This document shows, piece by piece, positions 36,597 through 46,394 of a stretch of 64,000 nt of DNA. Numbering within the stretch: the stretch's first letter is position 1; the number at the start of each line of letters is the position of its first letter. The DNA lies in NCBI GenBank assembly GCA_049514315.1, contig JBEKVD010000007.1, positions 11,719-75,718 on the forward strand, written 5' to 3'. The notes beneath the pieces are model-generated. The model was not told where the DNA came from, made no database searches, and saw only the letters and a list, made by a program, of their open reading frames with translations. This DNA is from Candidatus Limnocylindrales bacterium. Its GTDB lineage: Bacteria; Chloroflexota; Limnocylindria; Limnocylindrales; CSP1-4. The translations under genes were made by a program, and so were the position numbers.

Positions 36597-38468
36597 TCAT
36601 GGGCTGACCGACGGTGCGACCGACCCGCCAGGGCTCCCGGAGCTCGAGGGCAGGGCGGTAGCGGGAGGCGCCCGGGTGGGCAATGGCGTGGCGGTGTAAG
36701 CGGGGGTCGGGGGCGGAATCGGCGTCGGGGTCGCGTGGGCGGCCGTGTCCAGCGGAATGCCGAACTGAGAGGCGTCGGCCGCGCCGAGCCGGCCCAACGC
36801 CAGGGCGACCGCGATGCCGGCCGCAAGGGCCATGACCAGGCTTACCTCCAGAGTTCGGTTCAAGCGCCAGGTAAGTGCGAGCTCGTGTCGGAGACGAAGC
36901 CTGCCTGGGGCTGCCCCGGCGGACACGGGAACGAGGGCTGAGCCGGACGGTTCGGTCGGACCGGGGGTGCCGGCGGCCTCGTCGGTGCCCCCGACCGCGG
37001 CCGTGATCGCCGGCGTCGGCAGCGCCAGCACGGCCGCTCGAGACCGCCGCCGCTTCGCGGGGGGCACGGCCGCGATCCCGGCCGGGCCCGCTCCCGTTGG
37101 AGACGCGTTGGCCGGCGCCCCGGCCTCGCCGGCGCCCCGGAGCCCGCCGGCCCCGGAGTCCGCTTCCAGCGTGCCCGCGATGGTTCTCGCCGGACGGGAC
37201 GGCCCAGTGGCCCAGCGCGGCCGTTCGCTCCGGGCCGCGCCGACGGCCTCGGTCGGTGAAACCAGGCCAATCCCCAGCAGGCGGACGTAGCACGCGACCG
37301 AAAGGACGAACGCGACCGCGAAGATGAACTGCAGCTGGCCTGGAAGGGCCAGCCGAATCAGAGCCGATCGCGCTTCGTAGACGGCGCTACCGGGCCAGCC
37401 CAGAGTGGCGACCGCGATTCCCACCAGCGCCAGCCCCAGCAACGGAGTCCTGCGGAGCCAGCCGCGCAGCCGGCCCAGGTTCGAGGTGCCGAACGCTCGC
37501 GAGGTAGCGGCTGCCCAGGCCACCAGGCTCGTCTTGGCGGCGACAAAGACGAGAAGCCACTGCCGAGCCGGCTCGGCCGACGCGTCACTGCGCGCGGCCA
37601 TGGCAAGCAGGACGAAGCCGGCGTCGGCGACGATCGAATAGGCCACGACCTCCTCCAGCTCGTCGTGCACGAGGACCGCGAGCGCGCCAAGCACGAGAGT
37701 GGCTACCGCGACCGCTTGCACGACCGCGACCGCCCCATTCAGCCAGTCGCTCCGGACCCCGAAGGTGGTCGCGCTCCAGCTGATCGCCAGAAGACCCACG
37801 CCGGCGGGTATCCAGACCAGCACCAGTGCAGGCGCGAGTGGCGCAGAGATGCTGCTCAAACGGGCGGCGGGCACGTGGAACGGCACGGCGCCGCTCCGGA
37901 CCGCCAGGGCGATCCCGAGGCAGAAGAAGGTCACCACGATCGCCGGGCTGTCGCCCCCGGCGTTCCAGGCCGGACGGAGGACCACCAGGGCGGCGAGCAG
38001 CAGGGCCGCCGCCACGATTGCTATGGTTCGGATCTCGGCCAGCCGCCCCTCCAGGTGCTGCCCCCGAGGAGTCGAGCGCACGATGACGATCGCTCCGGCC
38101 GTTGCAGATACCGCGCCGGCTGCCAGAGCGACGGCCGGGTCCGTGGCCGTGGTGGCGACGGCCAGCCCGGCGCACCAGATCAGGGCTGCCGGCGCGAGCT
38201 CGTCGGGCCAGCCGGACGCCATTGCCACCATGCACGCCAGAAGGGCAGAGCCGGCCGCGCAGGCGAGGAACCGGCCCGAGTACTCGCTGCCGGCGAGGTT
38301 GACGTCGCCGATCGCGACGCGGGTCGTCGAGCCGATGAAGAGCGCCGCCGCCAGGGCGGCCACCAGGCTCGTCGGGCCGGCCCATCGGCCGATTCGGCCG
38401 GACTGTCGATCCGCAAGGCCGAGTACAGCCCCGGCCCCGCAGACGACCAGGAAGACGAGCAGGCTCAT
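36597..38468 (-). CDS. Divergent NuoN/MrpD-like (proton-antiporter-M family) membrane protein with long Ala/Pro-rich C-terminal extension
   Basis: GAVPFHVPAARLSSISAPLAPALV and LVHDELEEVVAYSIVADAGFVLLAM align in pattern with the PFHxWxP...AP and IKRxLAYSSIxHxG blocks of NuoN/NuoM/MrpD. ATGA overlap with the upstream gene sets the start at 38468. Confidence 0.55.
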   Translation of the reverse strand: MSLLVFLVVCGAGAVLGLADRQSGRIGRWAGPTSLVAALAAALFIGSTTRVAIGDVNLAGSEYSGRFLACAAGSALLACMVAMASGWPDELAPAALIWCAGLAVATTATDPAVALAAGAVSATAGAIVIVRSTPRGQHLEGRLAEIRTIAIVAAALLLAALVVLRPAWNAGGDSPAIVVTFFCLGIALAVRSGAVPFHVPAARLSSISAPLAPALVLVWIPAGVGLLAISWSATTFGVRSDWLNGAVAVVQAVAVATLVLGALAVLVHDELEEVVAYSIVADAGFVLLAMAARSDASAEPARQWLLVFVAAKTSLVAWAAATSRAFGTSNLGRLRGWLRRTPLLGLALVGIAVATLGWPGSAVYEARSALIRLALPGQLQFIFAVAFVLSVACYVRLLGIGLVSPTEAVGAARSERPRWATGPSRPARTIAGTLEADSGAGGLRGAGEAGAPANASPTGAGPAGIAAVPPAKRRRSRAAVLALPTPAITAAVGGTDEAAGTPGPTEPSGSALVPVSAGAAPGRLRLRHELALTWRLNRTLEVSLVMALAAGIAVALALGRLGAADASQFGIPLDTAAHATPTPIPPPTPAYTATPLPTRAPPATALPSSSGSPGGSVAPSVSP

Positions 38469-39346
38469 CGTCGCGGCTCGCGCGGGTGCAACCATCGCGC
38501 CCGGGTCGATGCCGGGGTCGCCGCCACAGTGGGCTTCGGCCGAGCCGGGGCCGGCTCCTCGAGCGGAGCGGCCTGATCGGGCGGCCAGGACGGAGCTGCG
38601 CCGCGGGATGCCCGGCGCGATCTTGAAGCCGGCGCCTGCGCATTCGGCACGCGCACAGCCCCCGCTCCGGTGACCGCCGCCGCGTCGTCCGGTCTCGACC
38701 CGGCGACCTCCGCGGCGAGCTCTTCGGACGCCTCAAGCAAGCTGGCCTCGCCCGAGACCCCGGCCGCCGATCGGCGTCTCGTGGCGGGTGAGGGGCTGGG
38801 CGAGATGAGCAGGCTGGTCGCCCCGACGATGCCCACCAGGAGAGCCGTCAGCACTATCTGCTGGAGCGCGGACGCAGGCCCGACCCAGGCCTCGAACAGC
38901 ATTGATATCCCGAGCGCCAGAATGGCGGCCCCTGCGCCGGCTCGGAGAACGTCTCGCCCGAAGAGCGGCGCAACTGCCAGCCCCGCGAGCGAGACCCCGG
39001 CAGCCTGAGCCGCGACCGGGCCTGCCAGCGGCTGCACCGGGACGACGAACCAGCCAACGCAGAAGGCCGCGGCGGCCGTCGCGAGCTCGGCTGTTGCGCC
39101 GATCCCGGAACCATCGCCGAGGATCGATTGAGCCCGGGCCGAGGCTACGAGCAGGTACGCCGCCAGCAATGCCCCGACGACCCGGAAAGCGATGGCAAGC
39201 GCGGTCGGTTCGGGCGACGACGCCAGGGGGGCTGCCACCATCGCGATGCCGAGCCCCAGGGCGACGAAGCGGCTGTCACGGGCACCGACGGCTATTGCTC
39301 CGCCGATCACCGCTGCCAGGGCTGCGACCAGCGCCGGTTGAATCAT
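38465..39346 (-). CDS. Hypothetical polytopic membrane protein with disordered basic C-terminal tail
   Basis: About 6-7 hydrophobic segments in the first 190 aa. Translationally coupled (ATGA) to the NuoN-like gene and located 40 nt downstream of lepB. Confidence 0.5.
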   Translation of the reverse strand: MIQPALVAALAAVIGGAIAVGARDSRFVALGLGIAMVAAPLASSPEPTALAIAFRVVGALLAAYLLVASARAQSILGDGSGIGATAELATAAAAFCVGWFVVPVQPLAGPVAAQAAGVSLAGLAVAPLFGRDVLRAGAGAAILALGISMLFEAWVGPASALQQIVLTALLVGIVGATSLLISPSPSPATRRRSAAGVSGEASLLEASEELAAEVAGSRPDDAAAVTGAGAVRVPNAQAPASRSRRASRGAAPSWPPDQAAPLEEPAPARPKPTVAATPASTRARWLHPREPRR

Positions 39347-39386
39347 GCGGCACGATGTGCGGCGACCCGAAGGTCGCGCAACCCGA

Positions 39387-39989
39387 TCATGGGGCGTTCG
39401 ATGACGCCGGAGATCCGGTCGATGCGGGTGACTCGTTGTCCTGCGGTACCAGTCCCAGCTGGCCGAGCGGCCAGAACCGAAGCCACGCTCGACCGATCAC
39501 CGACGACACCTCGATTGGGCCGAAGGCGCGCGAGTCCTCCGAGATCAGGCGATGATCGCCCAGGACGAAGAGCTGGCCCGGCCCGATTCGCCAGACCTTG
39601 CCTCCGTTGTCCGGCATGTCGGTCGGCTGACCCTCGTACACGTACGGCTCGCTCAGCTGGTAGCCGTTGACGTAGACGCGACCGCCGTGGATGTCGACCG
39701 TGTCGCCGCCGACGGCGATGACGCGTTTGATGTACGGCCCGCCGGAAATATCCAGCCCCGGGCCGGACGGCGGGTTGAAGACGATGACGTCGCCGCGGTG
39801 GTAGTCGCTGAAGTGGGGCGTCAGCTTGTCCACGAGAACGTACTGATCCGGCATCAGCGTGTCCTCCATGGAGGTCTGCTGAACCTGATACGGCTGGGCG
39901 ACGAAGAACTGGACGACCAGGAAGACCACGAGCGCCAGCAGGAACGTCTCGAGCAGCTCGAACAGGAACCTGAGCGTTCGGCGGTTCAC
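39387..39989 (-). CDS. lepB: Signal peptidase I
   Basis: Catalytic Ser box (QQTSMEDTL), the Lys box region, and GDHRLISEDSRAFGPI. Confidence 0.9.
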   Translation of the reverse strand: MNRRTLRFLFELLETFLLALVVFLVVQFFVAQPYQVQQTSMEDTLMPDQYVLVDKLTPHFSDYHRGDVIVFNPPSGPGLDISGGPYIKRVIAVGGDTVDIHGGRVYVNGYQLSEPYVYEGQPTDMPDNGGKVWRIGPGQLFVLGDHRLISEDSRAFGPIEVSSVIGRAWLRFWPLGQLGLVPQDNESPASTGSPASSNAP

Positions 39990-40028
39990 AAGTCCGCGAG
40001 TATAGGGGCTGTGCTATCGTCCTGCCCC

Positions 40029-42080
40029 GTGGACCTCCCCAAGCGACTCGGCTGGATCAAGAGCGGTCGCTTCATCAGGCTGCTGTCCGCGTCGATTGCC
40101 CTCGTCGTCCTGGCCGCCTTGCTCTACAACGCCGCATTCGTGGACCGGCTCCCGCCGACCTACACGATCCGGGTCAGCACGACGGCCGGCGGTGGCCTGG
40201 CCATGACCCTCACGTCGATCGACGTCTCCTTCAGCGAGGAGGTGAAGCAGGAAACCGCCGAGGATGCCTTCTCAATAGACCCGAAGGTCAGCGGAACCTT
40301 CCACTGGCAGGGCCTCAAGATGATCTTCACGCCGTCGGCCAAGCTGCCGCTCTCGACGACATTTCACGTTCACATGGCGGCCGGCGTTCAGGACCTCGAC
40401 GGCAACTCCCAAGGCGGCACCGGCGACATCGATTTCACCACGGTGGGCGCGCCGACAGTCGTCTCGGTTTCGCCTGCCCCCGGCGCCGAATCCGTCGGCG
40501 TCGGGTCGTCGATCCAGGTCACCTTTGATCGGCTGATGGACACGCAGAAGGTTCTTGCAGGGCTGTCACTGAAGCCCGACACGACCTATCAGGCGTCCTG
40601 GAACGGCGATGTCCTGACTCTCAGCCCGACGAAGCCGTTGCAGTACGGGACCACATACACCGTGTCGATCGGCGACCCTGCCGTCGACACGGATGGTACG
40701 AAGCTCCCGCCATATGCTGCGAGCTTCAGGACGGTGGACGTCGGACTGAAGGTCACCTCACTTGTTCCCGCCCCGAACGTGGCCGGGGTGAGCATCTATA
40801 GCCAGATAGCCGTCACCTTCGACGCACCCATAGATCCGAGCTCGATCGCCGGTGCCTTCACCATCACACCGCCAGTCGCCGGCTCGACGAGCTCGGTCTC
40901 GCTCCCCGACGACAGCAGCCCGTCCGTGAGTCCGTCGGCCTCGCCAGCCAGTCCGGGGGCGAATGTGCTCGTCTTCACGCCGGACAACCCCCTGGCGGCA
41001 CACACGACCTACTCGGTCACGATGAGCTCGGCGGTCACGAGGACCGACGGTCAGGTCGCCTCCGCTCAGACCTGGTCCTTCACGACGGGCGAACCCCAGG
41101 CGAGTGCCCTCAACCAGATCGCGTTCATCTCGGACCGAAGCGGCGTCGACAATGTCTGGCTGATGAACCCTGACGGCTCCAACCAGCGCGAGGTCACGTG
41201 CGAGCTCGTGCCGGTCAGCGGCTATGACATCAGCGGCGATGGCGCGACGATCGCCTACGCGGCCGGCGGCGTCGTCAAGAAGATGTCGCTCAACGGCAAC
41301 GACCTCACGACGCTCACCTCGGGAGGCAACTTCGAGTATGCGCCCACCATCACGCCGGACGGCACGGGCCTGGTCGTTGCCCGGCGGGACAGCAGCGGGA
41401 CCGATCTGGGCTACTGGCTGTATCCGCTCGTGAGCGGGGCAGGCTCCGGCCAGCTGGCCCCCGACGGCGCCCCGGGGCCTGGCAGCGCAACGCTCGCCAG
41501 CGATGACCTGACCGGCGGACCGGGCATGCCGGCCTGGGCACCGCGCGCCGCTTTCACCTCCGACGGCAAGACGATGCTGATTGTCCGGGGCGCGGACAAC
41601 TACGTGGAACTTGTCGATATGACCGGGGCGAACAAACCCCAAACCCTCAGTCTGCAGGGGAACTCCCGCCCCGTGTGGGTCGCGTCCGACGGCGCCTTCT
41701 ATCTGGCCGCCTCCAACGACGACGGCCTTACCTGGGCGTGCTGGCGAGTCACGCCGGCCGGCGCGGCGACCCAGGTCGGACCGGCCAGCAGCGACATCGC
41801 CTCAAACGGCAGCGGTCTGGTGGCGGTCGTCGGGGCCGGGGGCGGCGCCTACCATCTGACCTATTGGGCCCTCGGAAGCTCGTCCGGAGCGGCGATCACG
41901 CACGACCCGAGCTTCAGCGAAATGGCGCCGTCCTTCTCCCCCGATGGATCGGTCGTGGTGTTCGGCCGGGTCCAGGCGCAGCGGCCCACCGCTTCGGCCG
42001 GCATCTGGGTCGTGAACATAGACGGGACGGGCCTGACGAATCTCTCGACAGACGGTGCCTACGCGCGCTGGGTGCCGTAG
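40029..42080 (+). CDS. Membrane-anchored surface protein: tandem Ig-like (SbsA/Big_5-type) domains plus TolB-like PD40 beta-propeller
   Basis: GTG 40029 follows the lepB antisense part. One N-terminal TM. Repeated P-x-G-A-x-V...V-x-F modules are present, along with PD40-like IAFISDRSGVDNVWLMNPDGSNQREVT and FSPDGSVVVFGR. Confidence 0.6.
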   Translation: MDLPKRLGWIKSGRFIRLLSASIALVVLAALLYNAAFVDRLPPTYTIRVSTTAGGGLAMTLTSIDVSFSEEVKQETAEDAFSIDPKVSGTFHWQGLKMIFTPSAKLPLSTTFHVHMAAGVQDLDGNSQGGTGDIDFTTVGAPTVVSVSPAPGAESVGVGSSIQVTFDRLMDTQKVLAGLSLKPDTTYQASWNGDVLTLSPTKPLQYGTTYTVSIGDPAVDTDGTKLPPYAASFRTVDVGLKVTSLVPAPNVAGVSIYSQIAVTFDAPIDPSSIAGAFTITPPVAGSTSSVSLPDDSSPSVSPSASPASPGANVLVFTPDNPLAAHTTYSVTMSSAVTRTDGQVASAQTWSFTTGEPQASALNQIAFISDRSGVDNVWLMNPDGSNQREVTCELVPVSGYDISGDGATIAYAAGGVVKKMSLNGNDLTTLTSGGNFEYAPTITPDGTGLVVARRDSSGTDLGYWLYPLVSGAGSGQLAPDGAPGPGSATLASDDLTGGPGMPAWAPRAAFTSDGKTMLIVRGADNYVELVDMTGANKPQTLSLQGNSRPVWVASDGAFYLAASNDDGLTWACWRVTPAGAATQVGPASSDIASNGSGLVAVVGAGGGAYHLTYWALGSSSGAAITHDPSFSEMAPSFSPDGSVVVFGRVQAQRPTASAGIWVVNIDGTGLTNLSTDGAYARWVP

Positions 42081-42292
42081 GCCGCGTCGCACCGGGCAAC
42101 CGCCGGCCCTGCAGAGGAACGATGTCGCGAGCCGTCGGCGGCTGTCGCCGCGACAGGTCGGCCGCGAGAATCGAAGGCGCCGCGCGCGACCCCGGGGGCT
42201 GTCCGCAACGCTCGGCCAAACGTCACGGGCCCGCAGGGCCGTCCGCCCCGCCCACCCGGTCCTCACTGCATATCCGGCGGTCTTTCCGGCGT

Positions 42293-42322
42293 TTGACCCT
42301 TCCTTCGGGCCGTTGATACACT
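42293..42322 (+). promoter_or_regulatory. Candidate sigma-70-type promoter for hppA (TTGACC-18-TACACT)
   Basis: The hexamers are read directly, about 110 nt upstream of the ATG. AGAAGGAG RBS at 42411-42418. Confidence 0.4.
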
Positions 42323-42430
42323 CCGCCCGGCCCGAGTATTCATCTCATCACCGGGACCGGGCCTGATCCCCGGAAGCGCGCCGTCCCGCAGCGCTCATCG
42401 TGCCCGCAAGAGAAGGAGCCGCTCGCCCCC

Positions 42431-44650
42431 ATGGACCCAAGTCTGCTCCAATGGTTCATCCCGATCGCGGGCCTGCTCGCGGTGGGATTCGCAATCTTTC
42501 TCGCCCGCGACGTCCTGTCCCATGACACCGGGACGAAGGAGATGATGGACGTCTGCGTGACGATCAACGAGGGCGCGGTGGCGTTCATCAAGCGCCAGTA
42601 CTCGACGATCGCCGGGCTCGCGGTGGTCGGCTCGATCGTCATCTTCGCCATCATCTCGCTCGTCGAGACCGCCAACGTCGCCGACACGAGCACGTACGGC
42701 GTCGCGTTGGGCCTTCGGACGGGCGGCGCGTTCCTGGTGGGCGCGGCCTGTTCGATGGCCTGCGGCATCATCGGCATGCTCGTCAGCGTCAGGGCAAACG
42801 TTCGCGTCGCCTCTGCCGCTCGCCGCAGCCTGGTCGAGGCCGTCCAGGTGGCGATGCGCGGCGGCGCCGTCTCCGGCTTCCTCGTAGTCGCGCTCTCGCT
42901 GCTCGGCGTCTGGAGCATCTTCGCCGTCAACGGCGGCCTGGCCGGCGGCCAGAGCACGCACGACGCACCGTTCCTGATCGTCGGCTACGGCTTCGGCGCC
43001 AGCTTCGTGGCCCTCTTCGCCCAGCTGGGCGGTGGTATATACACCAAGGCCGCCGACGTGGGCTCGGACCTCGTCGGCAAGGTCGAGGTGGGCATTCCCG
43101 AGGACGACCCGCGCAACGCGGCCGTCATCGCCGACCTCGTGGGCGACAACGTCGGCGACTGCGCCGGCCGTGGCGCCGATCTCTTCGAGTCCACCGCTGC
43201 CGAGAATATCGGCGCCATGATCCTCGGCGTCGGGGTCTACGCCCTGGCCGTTGCCAACAACTGGCCCAACCCGACCGCCTGGATCTTCTTCCCGCTCGTC
43301 GTCCGAGCTTTCGGTCTCGTTTCCACGATCGTCGCGATGTTCTTCATCCGCGGCAAGGAGACCGAGAACCCGATGAACATCCTCAACCGCGGCTACTGGG
43401 TAACCACACTCCTGAGCGCCGCATCGCTCGCCCTCGTCACCAACGTGATGATGAACACGAGCGGCGCGACCGGGGACAACGGCATCCCGACCTGGATCTA
43501 CTTCTTCGGCTGCGGCGTGGTCGGGCTGGCCACCAGTGTCGCCTTCGTGTACATCACGCAGTACTACACGGCCGGCGGCTACCGGCCCGTTCGCGAGATC
43601 GCCGAGGCGTCCAAGACCGGCCCGGCGACCAACATCATCTCGGGCATCGCAGTCGGCTTCGAGACGACGGCCGTGACCGCGATCACGATCGGCATCGCCC
43701 TGCTCGCCAGCAACTGGCTCGGCGCGCATTCGGGGCTCGGCAGCGTCGGTGGCGTCTTCGGCACGGCAGTCGCGACCATGGGCATGCTCATGACCTGCGC
43801 CTACGTGCTGGCCATGGACACCTTCGGCCCGATCACCGACAACGCCGGTGGCATCGCCGAGTTCAGCCGCGCCGAGGCGGGCGCGCGCGAGATCACGGAC
43901 CGCCTGGATGCGGTCGGCAACACCACCAAGGCGCTGACCAAGGGCTACGCCATCGCGTCGGCCTCCCTGGCCGCCTTCCTGCTGTTCAGCGCTTACATCG
44001 ACAAGATCAACCTGATCCTCCAGCGCCAGATCGACGCCGGCACCCGAACCGTTCAGCAGGGCCTCATGACGTCGGTCAACCTGGAAAACGTCGACGTCTT
44101 CGTGGCCGCGTTGATCGCCGCGATGCTCGTGTACTTCTTCAGTTCTCTGGCGATCCGGGCAGTCGGCACGACCGCCCAGGCGATCATCGTCGAGGTCCGT
44201 CGCCAGTTCCGCGAGATCCCCGGGATCATGGACTACACCGGCCGGCCGGACTACGCCCGAGTCGTGGACATCACGACCCGCGCCGCCCTCCGCGAGATGA
44301 TGCTGCCCGGCATCGTCGCCGTCGCCACTCCGATCATCGTCGGCGTCCTGCTCGGATACGAAGCCGTAGCCGGTCTCCTGATGGTCGGCACGATCGCCGG
44401 CGTGCTGCTCGCCACCGTCCTCAACAACGGCGGCGGCGCCTGGGACAATGCCAAGAAGTACATCGAGTCGGGTCACCTGCTCGACGCCGACGGCAACGTG
44501 ATCGGTAAGAAGACCCCGGCTCATGCGGCTGCGGTCGTCGGCGACACCGTCGGCGATCCGTTCAAGGACACGGCCGGTCCCTCGCTCCACGTCCTGGTCA
44601 AGCTTCTGGCTACCATCACCCTCGTGATGGCCCCCCTCTTCATCCGCTGA
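42431..44650 (+). CDS. hppA: Membrane-bound proton-translocating pyrophosphatase (H+-PPase)
   Basis: GGGIYTKAADVGSDLVGKVE...DDPRNAAVIADLVGDNVGDCAGRGADLFES and GGAWDNAKKYIE signatures. Confidence 0.95.
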   Translation: MDPSLLQWFIPIAGLLAVGFAIFLARDVLSHDTGTKEMMDVCVTINEGAVAFIKRQYSTIAGLAVVGSIVIFAIISLVETANVADTSTYGVALGLRTGGAFLVGAACSMACGIIGMLVSVRANVRVASAARRSLVEAVQVAMRGGAVSGFLVVALSLLGVWSIFAVNGGLAGGQSTHDAPFLIVGYGFGASFVALFAQLGGGIYTKAADVGSDLVGKVEVGIPEDDPRNAAVIADLVGDNVGDCAGRGADLFESTAAENIGAMILGVGVYALAVANNWPNPTAWIFFPLVVRAFGLVSTIVAMFFIRGKETENPMNILNRGYWVTTLLSAASLALVTNVMMNTSGATGDNGIPTWIYFFGCGVVGLATSVAFVYITQYYTAGGYRPVREIAEASKTGPATNIISGIAVGFETTAVTAITIGIALLASNWLGAHSGLGSVGGVFGTAVATMGMLMTCAYVLAMDTFGPITDNAGGIAEFSRAEAGAREITDRLDAVGNTTKALTKGYAIASASLAAFLLFSAYIDKINLILQRQIDAGTRTVQQGLMTSVNLENVDVFVAALIAAMLVYFFSSLAIRAVGTTAQAIIVEVRRQFREIPGIMDYTGRPDYARVVDITTRAALREMMLPGIVAVATPIIVGVLLGYEAVAGLLMVGTIAGVLLATVLNNGGGAWDNAKKYIESGHLLDADGNVIGKKTPAHAAAVVGDTVGDPFKDTAGPSLHVLVKLLATITLVMAPLFIR

Positions 44651-44768
44651 AGGGGGCTCCGCCAGGTGGGCCGGCCGTCTCCCGATTGCCGGTCCACCAA
44701 CCCGCGGAGGCCCGCCACGTTCCCCCAGCAGGCGGTTCACGCGAGCATTCGATATCGAGGCTGCGCCC

Positions 44769-45605
44769 ATGGATCTCACCATGCAGGCCCTGGTCATGGG
44801 CCTCACGCAGGGCCTGACCGAGTTCCTGCCGATCTCGAGCTCCGGTCACCTGATCCTCGTGCCGTGGCTCTTCGGATGGACGGACCCCTTCATCAATTCC
44901 CTGGCCTTCACGGTCATGCTCCACATGGGCACGCTGCTGGCGCTGCTCGTCTACTTCCGGCGTGACTGGCTGAAGCTGATACCGGCCGGGCTGGCGACCA
45001 TCCGCGACCGCTCCTTCGCCGGGAACGCCGACCGCAAGATGGCCTGGCTGATCGTCACGGCCACGATCCCGGCTGTCATCGTCGGTCCGCTGCTCACCGA
45101 CACCATCGAGTCGTGGGTCCGCGAGCCGGCCCGCGTCGCGCTGATGCTGTGCGTCGGCGCGGCGATTCTGTGGCTGGCCGATCGGTGGGGGAGCAGACGG
45201 CGTGAGATGGACTCGCTCACCTTCGCGGGCGCCCTCGGGATCGGCGTGGCCCAGGTCGTCGCCCTGGTCCCGGGGATCAGCCGGTCCGGCATCAGCATCT
45301 CTGCCGGTCTGTTCCAGGGCCTCACGCGCGAGGCCGCCGCCCGTTTCAGCTTCCTGATGGCCACGCCGGTCGTCGCCGGTGCCGGGGCCTGGGAGGCTCG
45401 CAAGTTGCTCACCAACGAGGCGGGCGTGACCCCGGATCTGAACCTCGTGGTCATCGGCTTCCTGGCGGCAGCCCTGTCCGGTCTCCTGGCGATCCGTTTC
45501 ATGCTCGAGTACCTGCGGCGCCGGCCGGTGACCGCTTTCGTGGTGTATCGCGTCGTGGCGGCAATCCTGGTGTTCGTCGTTCTGCTCTCGCCGCACGGCG
45601 CCTGA
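44769..45605 (+). CDS. uppP: Undecaprenyl-diphosphate phosphatase
   Basis: GLTQGLTEFLPISSSGHLIL and PGISRSGISISAGL motifs. Confidence 0.92.
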   Translation: MDLTMQALVMGLTQGLTEFLPISSSGHLILVPWLFGWTDPFINSLAFTVMLHMGTLLALLVYFRRDWLKLIPAGLATIRDRSFAGNADRKMAWLIVTATIPAVIVGPLLTDTIESWVREPARVALMLCVGAAILWLADRWGSRRREMDSLTFAGALGIGVAQVVALVPGISRSGISISAGLFQGLTREAAARFSFLMATPVVAGAGAWEARKLLTNEAGVTPDLNLVVIGFLAAALSGLLAIRFMLEYLRRRPVTAFVVYRVVAAILVFVVLLSPHGA

Positions 45606-45624
45606 GGGAGGGGCACGCCGTCCG

Positions 45625-46089
45625 ATGGAGGTTATCAAGCAGCTTCGACAGCGCGAGATTCGGGATCTGCTTGGGCTGCGCCCGATCCGGACCCAACAGG
45701 AGCTCGCCGCCGCACTCCGCGAGCGTGGCTTTCGGGCCACCCAGGCCACGATCAGCCGTGACGTCGCCGAGCTCGGGTTGATCAAGTCGCATCGGGATGG
45801 AGTCCAGTCCTACGCGGTTCCCGCACGGGTCAGCGAGGCCGAGAGCACCGGCGAGGAGCGACTGCGGGCGCTCTTCGGCGATCTTCCGGTGGAGGTCCGG
45901 GAGGCCGGGCTCATGCTCGTGCTCAAGACGCTCCCGGGCTCGGCTCATGCCATTGCCGCCGCCCTGGACCGAACGCGCTGGCCGGATGTGGTGGGTAGCA
46001 TCGCGGGCGACGATACCGTCTTCGTCGCCTTCTCGGATCGGGCCTCGATGCGGCGGGTGCGGGCCAGGCTCGCCGGGCTGGGCCGCTAG
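45625..46089 (+). CDS. argR: Arginine repressor
   Basis: Winged-helix N-domain IRTQQELAAALRERGFRATQATISRDVAELGLIK and C-domain GSIAGDDTVFV. Confidence 0.9.
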   Translation: MEVIKQLRQREIRDLLGLRPIRTQQELAAALRERGFRATQATISRDVAELGLIKSHRDGVQSYAVPARVSEAESTGEERLRALFGDLPVEVREAGLMLVLKTLPGSAHAIAAALDRTRWPDVVGSIAGDDTVFVAFSDRASMRRVRARLAGLGR

Positions 46090-46122
46090 AGATCCTCGGG
46101 CGCCGGAGCAGGCCGACCCGAG

Positions 46123-46305
46123 TCAAGACCCGGACTGCAGGCCTGGGTTGCCACCCGAGTCGCCACTGCCCTGGATGCGCGCCGGCCCCGGCTTCCTGGG
46201 AGGAGGGAGGAGCAGGAAGGCGGGGCCGGTGGAATTGCTTTGGTCCACGGTGATCATGGTCGGCCGGGCCGGGGCCTTCCAGCCCACATAGGTCCCCCCC
46301 GGCAT
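46123..46305 (-). CDS. Possible small protein (60 aa), unknown function
   Basis: ATG preceded by GGAGG at 4 nt spacing. The composition (Y, W, K, M, I, N, F) is atypical for spurious high-GC frames. No homology recognised. Confidence 0.3.
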   Translation of the reverse strand: MPGGTYVGWKAPARPTMITVDQSNSTGPAFLLLPPPRKPGPARIQGSGDSGGNPGLQSGS

Positions 46306-46394
46306 GGGGACCTCCGTCCTGGTACGGACGGGGCGCGACCCGGTCGGGACCCAGCGGGCGATGCCTGGGGAGGCTCTTTACGCGCCGTGGCTGC

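Noticed and set aside
39552-40028. The N-terminal 159 aa of ORF 39552..42080.
   Set aside because: It is antisense to lepB. The recognisable protein (TM anchor plus Ig-like domains) begins at GTG 40029.
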